Shown here in pieces: positions 1-9,617 of a stretch of DNA of 64,000 bases. The notes beneath the pieces are model-generated. The model did no database searches, was not told the origin of the DNA, and saw nothing but the letters and a program-made list of their open reading frames with translations. The position numbers were made by a program, and so were the translations under genes. Numbering within the stretch: position 1 is the first letter of the stretch; the number at the start of each line of letters is the position of its first letter. The stretch is from Planctomycetota bacterium (GTDB lineage Bacteria > Planctomycetota > UBA1135 > UBA2386): positions 2,432,001 to 2,496,000 of the forward strand of contig OZ245006.1 of NCBI GenBank assembly GCA_965223545.1, in the 5' to 3' direction.

Positions 1-303
1 CTGCACCGAGAACTCCACCAACCGAAACCCGAACCGCCCACACCCCGCCCGGATCCGCTCCACCAACATCCAATAGGTCCGCGCATTCCGTAAGCCCGGC
101 AACCCCCGACACAACCGCACCGTCAAGTGCAACGGATACCGCGCCACCAACGCCCCCCGCGCCAAGTGCGGCACCGTCTCATCACTCACCTTGGGCCGCC
201 CAGCCCCCTCCCGAGCCCCACCCCACTGCCGAAACGGAAGCTCGCCCTGCACCACCGCACGGCGCCGTCCCCCGCGCCCCGATCGAACTGCCTTGCTCGC
301 CAT
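1..303 (-). CDS. REP-associated/IS200-type Y1 (HUH) tyrosine transposase, 5' part (runs off the window edge)
   Basis: Not in the ORF track. ATG at 303 reads MASKAVRSGRGGRRRAVVQGELPFRQWGGAREGAGRPKVSDETVPHLARGALVARYPLHLTVRLCRGLPGLRNARTYWMLVERIRAGCGRFGFRLVEFSVQ. WGGxRxGAGR, VPH, PxHxTxR, GLPxLR and FRLVxFSVQ are typical of RAYT-like N-termini. The HUH motif would lie just outside the window. Confidence 0.75.
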   Translation of the reverse strand, partial: MASKAVRSGRGGRRRAVVQGELPFRQWGGAREGAGRPKVSDETVPHLARGALVARYPLHLTVRLCRGLPGLRNARTYWMLVERIRAGCGRFGFRLVEFSVQ

Positions 304-418
304 TTGAATTAGCAACCTTATGACAAAGGGAGTAAACGCGCAAGAATCCGACAAAGGAATCTGCGAAAACCGCCGGCGAATCGGACGCAACCCTGCTCCC
401 ACCACCTCCAGCTCCAGA

Positions 419-437
419 GCTGAGGGCTCGCCTCAGC
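419..437. repeat. Small hairpin GCTGAGG-N5-CCTCAGC (terminator of the PDZ gene or a REP-like/transposon-end stem)
   Basis: Perfect 7-bp inverted repeat between the PDZ gene stop and the Y1 transposase promoter region. Confidence 0.35.
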
Positions 438-453
438 ACTCCGTGAAGAAGGG

Positions 454-1398
454 CTACTTGCGCTCGGCTCGGGTCTCGAGGAGCTCTTGGATCTTGGCGA
501 GGCGTTCTTCGAGGCGGATGATCTGCTCTTCGAGGGTTGGTTCGGGCTCGTTGAGGGCGGAGGTCTTGGGGTCTGTGTAGGGGGTGATCGTGGGGGCGCC
601 CCAGGGGGCGAGGTACCTGCCCGTGGCATCGGGGTCGAAGAGGTAGCCGGTGTTGATCTTGGCGTGGTTCAGGGCCGTGTCGAAGTCGACGTTGGCTGAC
701 CAGTAGTCCTGGAGCTTCGATGAGTAGAGGTCCGCGGCCTTCCAGGGGTCGACAGACCAAGCGGTGCCGACGAGGTGCTGGTGCGACATGGCCTTGAGTT
801 CGATCTCGACCTCCTGCTCGGCGCCGCGGCGGACGAGGCGCACGGGGATGACGTCGCCTGCCTCACGATCTTCGAGCAGCTGACGTAGCCGCTCCATGGT
901 CGCGGGCGCGCCATCCAGGCTCACGAGCACGTCGTGGACTTCGACCCCCGCGGCAGCTGCGGGGCCGTCCTCTGGAACTGCCGAGACGTAGAGCGCCTCG
1001 TCCTGCTCGAGGTTCAAGTGCTGGCACAGTCCATCGCTGGGCGGAGATGCCGACACGCCGAGGTGAAGTCGAGGTCGACTGCGCGGTAGCGTGCGGATGA
1101 CGCCGTGGCCACTACCGGGCAGCGTGACCACGGCGAGCGGCCGGCCCTGAACATCTTTGATCGTGAGCCTGGAGCCGTTCCGCGTGACGCGCTCGTCCGC
1201 CAGCTCACGACCGTTGGCCGAGATCTTCACCGACTCACCCTCGACCGTGACCGTGATGTGCTCCTCACCGTCGACGACACCGAGGCTGAGCTTGCTCGGT
1301 GCCGGCTGCGCGGACTGCGCTGACACGGCGACCGCCAACAACCCCGCGACGACGCTGCCGCGCAGCCACGCCGACTCCACTCGTCTCTTGTCCATCAT
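454..1398 (-). CDS. Secreted PDZ-domain protein (no protease domain), C-terminal coiled coil
   Basis: Signal-like segment (VVAGLLAVAVSAQ), PDZ motifs LGVS..., GPAAAAGVEVHDVLVSLDG, LVRRG, and a heptad C-terminus LEEQIIRLEERLAKIQELL. Start taken at MMDKRR (1398). Confidence 0.75.
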   Translation of the reverse strand: MMDKRRVESAWLRGSVVAGLLAVAVSAQSAQPAPSKLSLGVVDGEEHITVTVEGESVKISANGRELADERVTRNGSRLTIKDVQGRPLAVVTLPGSGHGVIRTLPRSRPRLHLGVSASPPSDGLCQHLNLEQDEALYVSAVPEDGPAAAAGVEVHDVLVSLDGAPATMERLRQLLEDREAGDVIPVRLVRRGAEQEVEIELKAMSHQHLVGTAWSVDPWKAADLYSSKLQDYWSANVDFDTALNHAKINTGYLFDPDATGRYLAPWGAPTITPYTDPKTSALNEPEPTLEEQIIRLEERLAKIQELLETRAERK

Positions 1399-1442
1399 CG
1401 TCTTCTTCTCGCTCTCTTCGGTTTGGGAAAGCACACCGCCGG

Positions 1443-1964
1443 TCAGTAGCGCACCGGCTGCGTGTAGGAAGCCAAGTCGACTGGCGCGGAGACGGGCACT
1501 CCGTGCTCGTCGGGCGTCAATCGATACAACTCGGGCACGACGCGACGCTCCAGTGAGCGGCGCAGCACCAGCATCTCCACACCACCCTGCACCGGACGCG
1601 CCTGCAGTACGACCGGCGCGAGCGACTGACCATCGCTCTCCCCCACCCCCTCCGCGTTGTGAGCCGGAGCTTGGCCGACGCTGGTGCACACCCAGGCCAC
1701 GGCAAGCGCGGCAGCCACGAACCAACCCGAGAGGCCGGGCCGGCGGCTGCGCCGCTGCGTCGACGCCGGCAACTCCGCCGGGCGCACCGCGCCGACGACT
1801 TCTTCCAGTTCAGCCCGCAGCGTGGCGTCCAACCGCAGCGCGTCCCACAGCTCGTGGGGGAGCTGCGGGCGCGCTTCCCGGGCTGCCTCGAGTGCGCGCC
1901 AGTCGTCGACCGATTCGGTCCGATCGACAACTCGGTTCAACGGGATCTCGATATCGAACGTCAT
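1443..1964 (-). CDS. Putative membrane anti-sigma factor
   Basis: Start overlaps the ECF sigma stop (TGATG). Single TM segment LSGWFVAAALAVAWVC. Position is typical of an anti-sigma gene. Confidence 0.6.
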   Translation of the reverse strand: MTFDIEIPLNRVVDRTESVDDWRALEAAREARPQLPHELWDALRLDATLRAELEEVVGAVRPAELPASTQRRSRRPGLSGWFVAAALAVAWVCTSVGQAPAHNAEGVGESDGQSLAPVVLQARPVQGGVEMLVLRRSLERRVVPELYRLTPDEHGVPVSAPVDLASYTQPVRY

Positions 1965-2545
1965 CAGGTGGCCCTCCTCGGACCGGGTTTCACCGCCAAG
2001 GCCGCGCCGTGATCGCGACCGAGCACACCCCCGCGCAGCTGCCTGCGGGCCCGCGCCAACCGGGTCTCCACGGTCGTCACCGGCAGCTCGAGCGCCGCCG
2101 CGATCTCGCGCTGCGAAAGGCCGTCGACCGTCCGCAGCAACAGGGGCTCGCGCAGCTCCGTGGGCAGCGCGGCGACCGCATCCAACAGGTCGGAACGCGA
2201 CGGCCCCTTGGCCGACGAACGGGGATCGACGAGCTTCTCGTCGATCGACCCGTCGCAGCGGGGTGCGACCATGCGCCGGCGGCCAGCACTCGTCGCGGCG
2301 TGCACCGTGATGGTTCGCAGCCAACTTCCCCACGCCGCGCCGTCACGGAGCTGGCCGATGCCCGCCACGACTGCGGCAGCCACCTCTTGCACGACGTCGT
2401 CCAAGTCCGCGCCGCGCAACGAGGGCGCGTGCGCCAAGACCGTCGCCGCGACCCGCCGCTGGTTCCTCGCCCACAACGACGCCATCGCCGCGCGATCCCC
2501 GGCGCGGGCGCGCTCTACCAAGCTGATCGTGAACGGGTCGGTCAT
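1964..2545 (-). CDS. ECF RNA polymerase sigma-70 factor
   Basis: LVERARAGDRAAM, DDVVQE, WLRTI, and region 4 LREPLLLR..GLSQREIAAALELPVTTVETRLARAR. Confidence 0.92.
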   Translation of the reverse strand: MTDPFTISLVERARAGDRAAMASLWARNQRRVAATVLAHAPSLRGADLDDVVQEVAAAVVAGIGQLRDGAAWGSWLRTITVHAATSAGRRRMVAPRCDGSIDEKLVDPRSSAKGPSRSDLLDAVAALPTELREPLLLRTVDGLSQREIAAALELPVTTVETRLARARRQLRGGVLGRDHGAALAVKPGPRRAT

Positions 2546-2624
2546 CTGCGCCAAACGGCAGGACGCACGACCGCGACGGATCCGTCCGGATTTCCATTCT
2601 CGGTCGACCGCATCGGCTTAGGCT

Positions 2625-3074
2625 ATGCCGATGCACGGAGACCTCCCCGAGGTGACGGCCTACACCGACGGCGCCTGCAGTGGAAACCCCGGCCCCGGCG
2701 GCTGGGGCGTCGTGCTGCGCTGTGGGGACCACGAGAAGGAGCTCAACGGCGGCGAGCCGCGCACCACCAACAACCGCATGGAGCTGCGCGCGGCGATCGA
2801 GGCCCTGCGCGCCCTTACGCGCCGCTCAACGGTCAAGCTCCACACCGACAGCACGTACGTGCGCAACGGGATCACCTCTTGGATCCACAACTGGAAGCAG
2901 AGGGGCTGGAAGACCTCCGATCGCAAGCAGGTCAAGAATGCCGACCTCTGGCGCGAGCTGGATGAAGCGCGGGAGCAACACGACGTGGAGTGGATCTGGG
3001 TGAAGGGACACGCCGGGGACGCCGACAACGAGCGCGCGGACGCGCTCGCGCGGGCCGGCATCAAACCGCGCTGA
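2625..3074 (+). CDS. rnhA: Ribonuclease HI
   Basis: [52 protein letters not shown]. Confidence 0.97.
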   Translation: MPMHGDLPEVTAYTDGACSGNPGPGGWGVVLRCGDHEKELNGGEPRTTNNRMELRAAIEALRALTRRSTVKLHTDSTYVRNGITSWIHNWKQRGWKTSDRKQVKNADLWRELDEAREQHDVEWIWVKGHAGDADNERADALARAGIKPR

Positions 3075-3095
3075 CCGCGCCGCGCCGACACGCCG

Positions 3096-4289
3096 TCAGT
3101 CGAGCTCGCTCGAGCAGTCGATCGTGCGACAGACGATCTCCACGCCGAGCCCGAGCCCACGCGCGATGGCCTCGAGTTCGCGGCGTTCGTCCCCGGTCGC
3201 GGGGCCGTCGGCCTTGGCGATGACGCACAAGTCGCGCAGCACTTGTGCTCGTCGCGATTTCGTCGCCTCGTCCACCACCGCCTGGATGCGGCGCGGTAGA
3301 TCTTCGCGCAGGGCTTCGACGCTCAGATGACGCGTGACCTTGCCCTCGCCCAAGAACTCCTCGATCGCCTCGACCTCGGCCTCGCTCACGCCGCCGGACG
3401 CCGCGGCGACGACCATCGCACCCGCCAACAACAGGCGGCGCATGGCGATGGCCGCGTCGGTGTCCTCTTTCAGGTACCCGGGCTCCATCAGCGACATCAC
3501 CGCGTCGGTACTCCGCTCGAGCTCGTCGCGCTCCACGCCCCCATCGCGCATGATCGCCGAGTCAGCGAACAGCTTGGCGGTCTTCAATCGCAACGGGCTG
3601 AACGGGTGCGTCGAGAACCAATCGGCGCGCGGCCCCGCATCGGCGGTGGCATCGCCGAACGACTCGATGTCCTGCACCTGCGCCAACAACGCATCCATGA
3701 CGATGTGCGCCGCACCGCTGCGCAGCCCCGACGCCAGCTTGAACAGCGCACGCGCCACCGCATTGAGATCGCCACAACAGAACAGGCCGGCCCGATCCGC
3801 CGACACTTCGGCGAATCGCGACCATGCGAACAGCTGAAGCGCGAGACGTGGCGGCACCTTGCTCTTGCCGTGCAGCAAGAGGCCGACAGGGATCGAGTGG
3901 TGGTCGAACACGTGATGGCCCAGCTCGTGGCCGGTGACGAACGCCAGCTCCTCCGCGTCGAACGCCTCCAGCAGCTCCGAGCTGAACATCAGGAACACAC
4001 GCCCTGCCTCGGGACGGAAGCAGGCGGCATTGAGGTGCGGACTGGGCTGCACGTACAGCTCGACCGTCGTGCCGACCCGCAGCTTCTCGACGCAGGAATC
4101 AACGGTGCGAAACAGCTCTGGGGTCAACGCAGGAGTCAACCGCACCGCCGTCGACAACAGACGCCGACGCGTCTCCAGCTGGTCGGCGTGACGTTCGAAG
4201 TAATCCTGTGCCTGGGTCACCGCCCGCTCTTCTCCGAGCTGAGCTGCCAGAGCGACGTCGCTCGCCGCGCGTAGGTCGGGGTGTTTCAC
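3096..4289 (-). CDS. M48 family metallopeptidase with C-terminal TerB-like domain
   Basis: ELAFVTGHELGH (HExxH), EVSADRAG, STHP; C-terminal ASGGVSEAE and AKADG..GDERRELEAIARGLGL repeats. Confidence 0.82.
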   Translation of the reverse strand: MKHPDLRAASDVALAAQLGEERAVTQAQDYFERHADQLETRRRLLSTAVRLTPALTPELFRTVDSCVEKLRVGTTVELYVQPSPHLNAACFRPEAGRVFLMFSSELLEAFDAEELAFVTGHELGHHVFDHHSIPVGLLLHGKSKVPPRLALQLFAWSRFAEVSADRAGLFCCGDLNAVARALFKLASGLRSGAAHIVMDALLAQVQDIESFGDATADAGPRADWFSTHPFSPLRLKTAKLFADSAIMRDGGVERDELERSTDAVMSLMEPGYLKEDTDAAIAMRRLLLAGAMVVAAASGGVSEAEVEAIEEFLGEGKVTRHLSVEALREDLPRRIQAVVDEATKSRRAQVLRDLCVIAKADGPATGDERRELEAIARGLGLGVEIVCRTIDCSSELD

Positions 4290-4362
4290 GGCGGCCCACT
4301 GTAGGCTCCGCGTCGGTCCTCTGCAGTGCGTGGCCGCGACGATTCTCGTAACGTCGCCGCGA

Positions 4363-5373
4363 ATGAACCACCACGATGCGGCGTCGGCCGGCGCCGCCGA
4401 CTACCGCCCGCCGTGGTGGTTGCCCAGCGGACACGCGCAGACCGTGTTTGCCGCCCTGCTGCGCAGGCCCGCGACCGTGGACTGGCATCTGCAGCGGTGG
4501 GATACGCGCGATGGAGACTTCGTCCGCGTGCACGTCACCGGAGCCCCGCCGGACGCGCCGATCGCCCTGCTGGTGCACGGCCTAGAGGGCAGCGCCCGAG
4601 CCCATTACATGCGCGGCCTGGGCAGCGAGTTCAGCCGCCGCGGTGCCCGGGTCGCGGCCATGGAGCTGCGCTCATGCGGGGGCGAGCCCAACCGCACCGC
4701 GACGCTGTATCACTCGGGCGCCACCGACGACCTCGACTGTGTGATCGAGCGCCTGGTCGCGGCGCACCCGCGCGCCAAGCTGTTCGTGGTCGGTGTCTCG
4801 CTCGGTGGCAACCTGCTCGCACGCTGGCTGGCGGAGCGCGCCGCGGCGAAGCCGCCCCAGCTGCGTGCCGCCGCCCTGCTGTCGGCGCCGTTCGATCTCG
4901 CCGCTTCGGCGGCGGCAATCGACCGCCCGGCGATGTGGGCCTACCGTCGCGCGTTCCTCACGCCGCTGATCGCCAAAGTACTCGACGTCGAGCGACGGTT
5001 CCCGGGCATCGTGGACGCGGACAAGGTCCGCCGCAGTCGCACCATGGCGGCGTTCGACCAGCACGCCACCGCCGTACTGCACGGCTTTGCCAGCGCCGAG
5101 GACTACTGGCAGTGCTGCAGCTGTGGCCCGATCCTCCACCGCATTCGCACACCGACTTTGATCGTCGCTGCCGCCGACGACCCCTTCGTCCCGGTGGCGA
5201 GCTGGCCGCGCGGCCCGGTGCACACCTCCGCCTACACGACCGCGCTGTGGACTCGCCGCGGCGGCCACGTCGGATTCGTCTCGGGCCCGCCCTGGCGACC
5301 TGGATCGTGGGCGGAGCAGCGCATCGGAGCGTTCTTCGACGAGCACTGCCGGGCGACGCGTCAGCAGACCTGA
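4363..5373 (+). CDS. YheT-like alpha/beta hydrolase
   Basis: PPWWLPSGHAQT, HGLEGS, YHSG, GVSLGG nucleophile elbow, DDPFV, GGHVGF. Confidence 0.88.
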   Translation: MNHHDAASAGAADYRPPWWLPSGHAQTVFAALLRRPATVDWHLQRWDTRDGDFVRVHVTGAPPDAPIALLVHGLEGSARAHYMRGLGSEFSRRGARVAAMELRSCGGEPNRTATLYHSGATDDLDCVIERLVAAHPRAKLFVVGVSLGGNLLARWLAERAAAKPPQLRAAALLSAPFDLAASAAAIDRPAMWAYRRAFLTPLIAKVLDVERRFPGIVDADKVRRSRTMAAFDQHATAVLHGFASAEDYWQCCSCGPILHRIRTPTLIVAAADDPFVPVASWPRGPVHTSAYTTALWTRRGGHVGFVSGPPWRPGSWAEQRIGAFFDEHCRATRQQT

Positions 5374-5960
5374 CCGGCGCGCAGGATCCGGTTCATCGCC
5401 TTGAACGCGCTGTGCTCCTTGCGCCGCGCCCACTCGAACGCGACCGACTCGTGGTTGGTGAGCTGCGCGCCGGCGGTCTGCATGCGTTGCAGCGCGTACT
5501 CGCGGTACTCCTCTCCGCGACCACTCACGCACTCCCAGCACAGATGCACCGCCGAGCCGCTGCGACGCAGCTCGAGCACGGTCTGCATCACGCACACGTG
5601 CGCCTCGATCCCGGCGATGACCACATGCCGGTCGGCGGTCTCGACTCCGGGCAACAGGCCCGCCAGAGTGGTCTCGAAACGATCCTCTCCGCAGCAGCCG
5701 AACGAGGTCTTCTCCAAGTATGCACTGCGGGTCGTCAGCGCATCGAACGCGGCCCTCACCGGCGCCACCGTGGCCCCCAGCCCGCGGGGATACTGCTCGG
5801 TGAGCAGCACGGGAACGCCGAAGGCATCAGCGAGCTCGAGCAGGCGCAGCGTGCCACGTTCGACGAGCTCGCCCCGGTACACCGCCCCCATGAGCGACTC
5901 CTGCAGATCGATCACGACGACCACACTGCGGTCGACATCAGCGAGGCACGCATCACTCAT
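5361..5960 (-). CDS. Isochorismatase-family cysteine hydrolase
   Basis: [34 protein letters not shown]. Confidence 0.9.
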   Translation of the reverse strand: MSDACLADVDRSVVVVIDLQESLMGAVYRGELVERGTLRLLELADAFGVPVLLTEQYPRGLGATVAPVRAAFDALTTRSAYLEKTSFGCCGEDRFETTLAGLLPGVETADRHVVIAGIEAHVCVMQTVLELRRSGSAVHLCWECVSGRGEEYREYALQRMQTAGAQLTNHESVAFEWARRKEHSAFKAMNRILRAGQVC

Positions 5961-6040
5961 GCAGTCGATCCTACCGGCCAATAATCCAACACCCCAGTCA
6001 CAAGACTCGGGCAAAGCACTGGTGTTCGAGCGCGCCGAGG

Positions 6041-6068
6041 TCAACTCCGACGCCGATTTGGCCGATGG
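6041..6068 (+). promoter_or_regulatory. Possible sigma-28 (FliA)-type promoter for the mcp gene
   Basis: TCAAC-N15-GCCGATGG, compared with the consensus TAAA/TCAAG-N~15-GCCGATAA. Confidence 0.35.
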
Positions 6069-6121
6069 CTGACGAGAAAGCCGATCGAGCTCCATTGGCA
6101 CATCCCGGGGGAGCCAAGCCT

Positions 6122-7588
6122 ATGTCGACTGCAAATTTGGGGATCCGACACGTCCTCTTGGCGTGGACCTTCGTGGGAGCCACGCTTCCCGCGCTGGTGT
6201 TGATGATGCACTCGGTGTTGGCTCCACTGGGCCCCGCGGTCGACGAGGTCGAGAGACTGCACCGTGCCGAGCAGAAGTTCGACGAGGCGCAACGCGCCGC
6301 CGCGCGCTTGGTGCGCCGCGTCTCGGGCGCCGAGGCCAGCTTCGGCGCCGTGTCCGACGCCCTGACCGAGCTCGAGACCATGGCCAGCAACGCCGGCGCC
6401 TCGCAGCTCGCCACCGCCGCGATCGCCGACGCGCACCGCGCGGCGACCGAAGCCCGTGCCGGCTCGACGGATGCCCGGGACGCCACTCAGCAAGTCCGCG
6501 TCGCCCTGTTCGAAGCACTCGACCAGCTGGAGTCGCAGCACGTCGAGCTGCGGGATCAGATCAACAACGCGATCGGCACCGCGAACTCGCTGCGCTCGCG
6601 GTCCACGCTGGCAGCGCAGCTGCTCGCTTTGGCCGGTCTGCTGCTGTTCGGCGTGGCGTGGCTGCTGTTTCGGCGGCGGCTGTCGAGCTCGCTGCACCAG
6701 CTGGCGGCGCGCATCAGCCAGCTACAGCACGGCGAGCTGAACTCGGAGGCCGACGACATCGACGGCTATGCGGAGATCTCCGAACTGTCCGCCGCCATGA
6801 ACGAGATGGCGAAAGACATTCGGCTGGTGTTCCACGACGTCCGCGCCGTCGCCGCCGACCTCGGCGAAGGCGCCGGCGAGCTCGCCGGCAACGGCCAGTC
6901 CCTGTCGGCCAGCGCCTCGCAGCAGGCCGCGTCGCTGCAGCAGATGGGCAGCGCCATCGCGCGCCTGTCCGAGACCGTCGATTCGAGCGTCGCCAGCGCG
7001 ACCAAGGCCAACGAGTTCTCGCGCACCACCGCCGAGGCCGCCGAACGCGGCGCGATCGAGGCCAAGACCATGGCCGAGTTCATGGTAGGCATCCGCGACG
7101 CCAGCCTCGAAGTGCAGCGCATCCTGAACGTGGTCGACGACATCGCGTTCCAAACCAATCTGCTGGCACTGAACGCCGCCGTCGAAGCGGCCCGTGCCGG
7201 CGAGGCCGGCCAGGGCTTCGCCGTCGTCGCCGACGAGGTACGCAACCTGGCGCGGAAGAGTGCCGAGGCGGCGAAGGACTCCGCCGAGACCCTGAAGCGC
7301 TCGAACGCCCGTGCCAACCAGGGAGTCGACATGGCGACGCAGGTCGCGTCGGCGTTCGATTCGATCGCCAAGGGCGCCAACGACATCAACGACCTGCTGT
7401 CGAGCATCGCCCAATCGGCCGCCGACCACGCTGTCGGTGTGACCGAGTTCGAGCGCGCGATGCAGGAGCTCGATCGCATCGCGGTCGACAACGCCGGCAA
7501 GGCCGACGGCTTCGCCAGCGCGGCGCAACGCAACAACGACATGACCCGGCGTCTCACGGAGACCATCGCGCACTTCAAGCTCGACTGA
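6122..7588 (+). CDS. Methyl-accepting chemotaxis protein
   Basis: Two TM segments, HAMP ([12 protein letters not shown]), and signalling hairpin [37 protein letters not shown]. Alternative start at 6065. Confidence 0.95.
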   Translation: MSTANLGIRHVLLAWTFVGATLPALVLMMHSVLAPLGPAVDEVERLHRAEQKFDEAQRAAARLVRRVSGAEASFGAVSDALTELETMASNAGASQLATAAIADAHRAATEARAGSTDARDATQQVRVALFEALDQLESQHVELRDQINNAIGTANSLRSRSTLAAQLLALAGLLLFGVAWLLFRRRLSSSLHQLAARISQLQHGELNSEADDIDGYAEISELSAAMNEMAKDIRLVFHDVRAVAADLGEGAGELAGNGQSLSASASQQAASLQQMGSAIARLSETVDSSVASATKANEFSRTTAEAAERGAIEAKTMAEFMVGIRDASLEVQRILNVVDDIAFQTNLLALNAAVEAARAGEAGQGFAVVADEVRNLARKSAEAAKDSAETLKRSNARANQGVDMATQVASAFDSIAKGANDINDLLSSIAQSAADHAVGVTEFERAMQELDRIAVDNAGKADGFASAAQRNNDMTRRLTETIAHFKLD

Positions 7589-7610
7589 GCACCGCAGCGA
7601 GTCGCCAAAC

Positions 7611-8453
7611 GTGACCACGCGGAACCGCCTCCCGCCGCTGATCTTCGACGCGTTGCGCGACATCGTCCATCGAGAGAGCGGCATCAACCTGACGGTCAAG
7701 AAGAACGCGATGCTGGCGTCGAGGCTGATGCGCCGGCAGCGCGAGCTCGGCTGCGCTTCGGCCGAGGAGTATCTCACCTACCTCGAGAGCCGCTTCGCGG
7801 ACGAGATCGATCACTTCATCGATCTGGTGACCACGAACGTCACCAGCTTCTTCCGGGGCCCGGAGCACTTTCGCGTGATCGGCGAGACCGCCGCCCGCTG
7901 GATGCGCGAAGGGCGGCAGCGGATCAGAGTCTGGTCGGCAGCCTGCGCCAGCGGAGAGGAGCCCTACTCGGTCGCGATGCTGCTGGACGCCACAGCGCGA
8001 CGCTTTCGTTGGTCCGGCACCTTTTCCGTGCACGCCACCGATCTGTGCGGCGAAGCTCTGCGACGCCTGGCCGCCGCGACCTATCCCGAGTCGGCGCTGA
8101 CCGACGTGCCCGGCGATCTACGCCGCTACCTGCACCACCGCGAAGACGGTGGGCGCAACGTCTACGAAGTCGACGCTCGGTTGCGAGCCTTCGTCTCGCA
8201 CGGCCGCCTCAACCTGGCTCGACCACCGTACGCGGTCACCGGCAAGTTCGACATCGTGCTGTGCCGCAACGTGTTGATGTACTTCGCGCCGGAGCTCGCC
8301 GGGCGCATCGTCGACGGGTGCCTGCAACAGCTGCAGAGGGACGGTCTGCTGCTTCTCGGCTTCACCGACCGGGTCGATTGCAATGCGCACGCCCTCGACC
8401 AACGTGGACCGAGCATTTACGGGCACCGGATGCCGGCGGGTACGGAAAGGTGA
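7611..8453 (+). CDS. cheR: Chemotaxis methyltransferase CheR
   Basis: TTNVTSFFR, RVWSAACASGEEPYS, FDIVLCRNVLMYF. Confidence 0.95.
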   Translation: MTTRNRLPPLIFDALRDIVHRESGINLTVKKNAMLASRLMRRQRELGCASAEEYLTYLESRFADEIDHFIDLVTTNVTSFFRGPEHFRVIGETAARWMREGRQRIRVWSAACASGEEPYSVAMLLDATARRFRWSGTFSVHATDLCGEALRRLAAATYPESALTDVPGDLRRYLHHREDGGRNVYEVDARLRAFVSHGRLNLARPPYAVTGKFDIVLCRNVLMYFAPELAGRIVDGCLQQLQRDGLLLLGFTDRVDCNAHALDQRGPSIYGHRMPAGTER

Positions 8454-8974
8454 GCCCCGCCGGATCGGGTTCGCGCGGGCCAGTCTCGATCGCCGGAGCC
8501 GATACGACGACGATCGTCGGCGTCGGCGAGTACGTGGCGCGCAGCGGCCCCACGGGCTCGCTACGCACATACGCATTGGGCTCGTGCCTCGGCGTGGCGA
8601 TCTACGACCCCGCCGCGAGAGTCGGCGGGCTCGCGCATTGTGCACTGCCGACCAATCGCACCAGGGCCACGGACGTCGCCGCCGGGATGTTCGTCGACAC
8701 CGGGATTCCCGCGCTCCTCGAAGACATGCTGGCCCTCGGCGCACTGCGCAATCGCCTTGTCGTCAAGGTCGCCGGCGGCGCCCGCAGCCTCGGTGAGACC
8801 GACTACTTCCTGGCCGGCGAACGCAATTTCACCGCGCTGCGGCAGGTGCTGTGGCGCAACGACCTGCTGATCTCGTCGTCGGACATCGGCGGCAGCAAGG
8901 CGCGCACGCTGACGCTGCACCTGGCCGACGGTCGCTGCAGCGTGCTGTCGCAAAACAAGACGAACCCGCTGTGA
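8450..8974 (+). CDS. cheD: Chemoreceptor glutamine deamidase CheD
   Basis: TYALGSCLGVAIYD, GGLAHCALP, KVAGGA, GERN, DIGG. GTG start overlaps the cheR stop. Confidence 0.92.
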   Translation: MSPAGSGSRGPVSIAGADTTTIVGVGEYVARSGPTGSLRTYALGSCLGVAIYDPAARVGGLAHCALPTNRTRATDVAAGMFVDTGIPALLEDMLALGALRNRLVVKVAGGARSLGETDYFLAGERNFTALRQVLWRNDLLISSSDIGGSKARTLTLHLADGRCSVLSQNKTNPL

Positions 8975-9029
8975 GCAGGAGATCTGGCCGAAACAACTCC
9001 TGCCAAGGCGCTTACCTCGATTCGCCCGC

Positions 9030-9058
9030 TCAAGGGATGCAGCCGCTTGCGCCGATAA
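9030..9058 (+). promoter_or_regulatory. Possible sigma-28-type promoter upstream of cheW
   Basis: TCAAG (9030-9034), N16, then a perfect GCCGATAA (9051-9058), 19 nt before the cheW ATG. Confidence 0.45.
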
Positions 9059-9077
9059 CCACGACAGTCGACCTGCC

Positions 9078-9617
9078 ATGACCGCTTCCCAGACCATCCG
9101 TGCCGACAGCTCGGCGACCCGCGAGGCATTCGCGGGCAAGTATCTGCTCTTCGGTCTACACGACGAGCGGTACGGCATCCACATCTCCAGGATCCGCGAG
9201 ATCGTCGGCAACAAAACGACGACACCGGTTCCGCGCACGCCAGACCACGTCCGGGGTATCGCGAACCTACGCGGAACGCTGCTGACCATCATGTGCCTGC
9301 GCACCTACTTCGGGCTGCCGCGACCCGAAGACACCAAGGAGACGTGCATCCTGGTGCTCGACACCGCCGATACCGCGAGCGAGGCCGTCGGTCTGCTGGT
9401 CGACCGCGTCTTCGAGGTCGTCGACATTGATCCGGATCAGATCCGACCACGCTCGGAGCTCGCCGGACACATCCGCCGCGACTTCATCAACGCACTCGCC
9501 AAAGCCGACGATCACGTGCACATCCTGCTCGACGTGGACACGCTGTTGGCGGAGTCACAGCTGGCCACCGACGCCCTCACCGAGGCACCGATCAGCGATA
9601 CGGAGCCGGACGATTGA
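9078..9617 (+). CDS. cheW: Chemotaxis coupling protein CheW
   Basis: KYLLF, IREI, TPVPRTP..VRGIANLRG, VGLLVDRV. Confidence 0.93.
   Translation: MTASQTIRADSSATREAFAGKYLLFGLHDERYGIHISRIREIVGNKTTTPVPRTPDHVRGIANLRGTLLTIMCLRTYFGLPRPEDTKETCILVLDTADTASEAVGLLVDRVFEVVDIDPDQIRPRSELAGHIRRDFINALAKADDHVHILLDVDTLLAESQLATDALTEAPISDTEPDD

Noticed and set aside
322..357. GACAAAGG direct repeat upstream of the Y1 transposase
   Set aside because: Two 8-mers only; could be chance in an AT-rich promoter
1157..2965. Long Arg/Pro/Ala-rich ORFs antisense to real genes (here and throughout the window)
   Set aside because: Typical high-GC shadow ORFs with no motifs, overlapping well-supported genes
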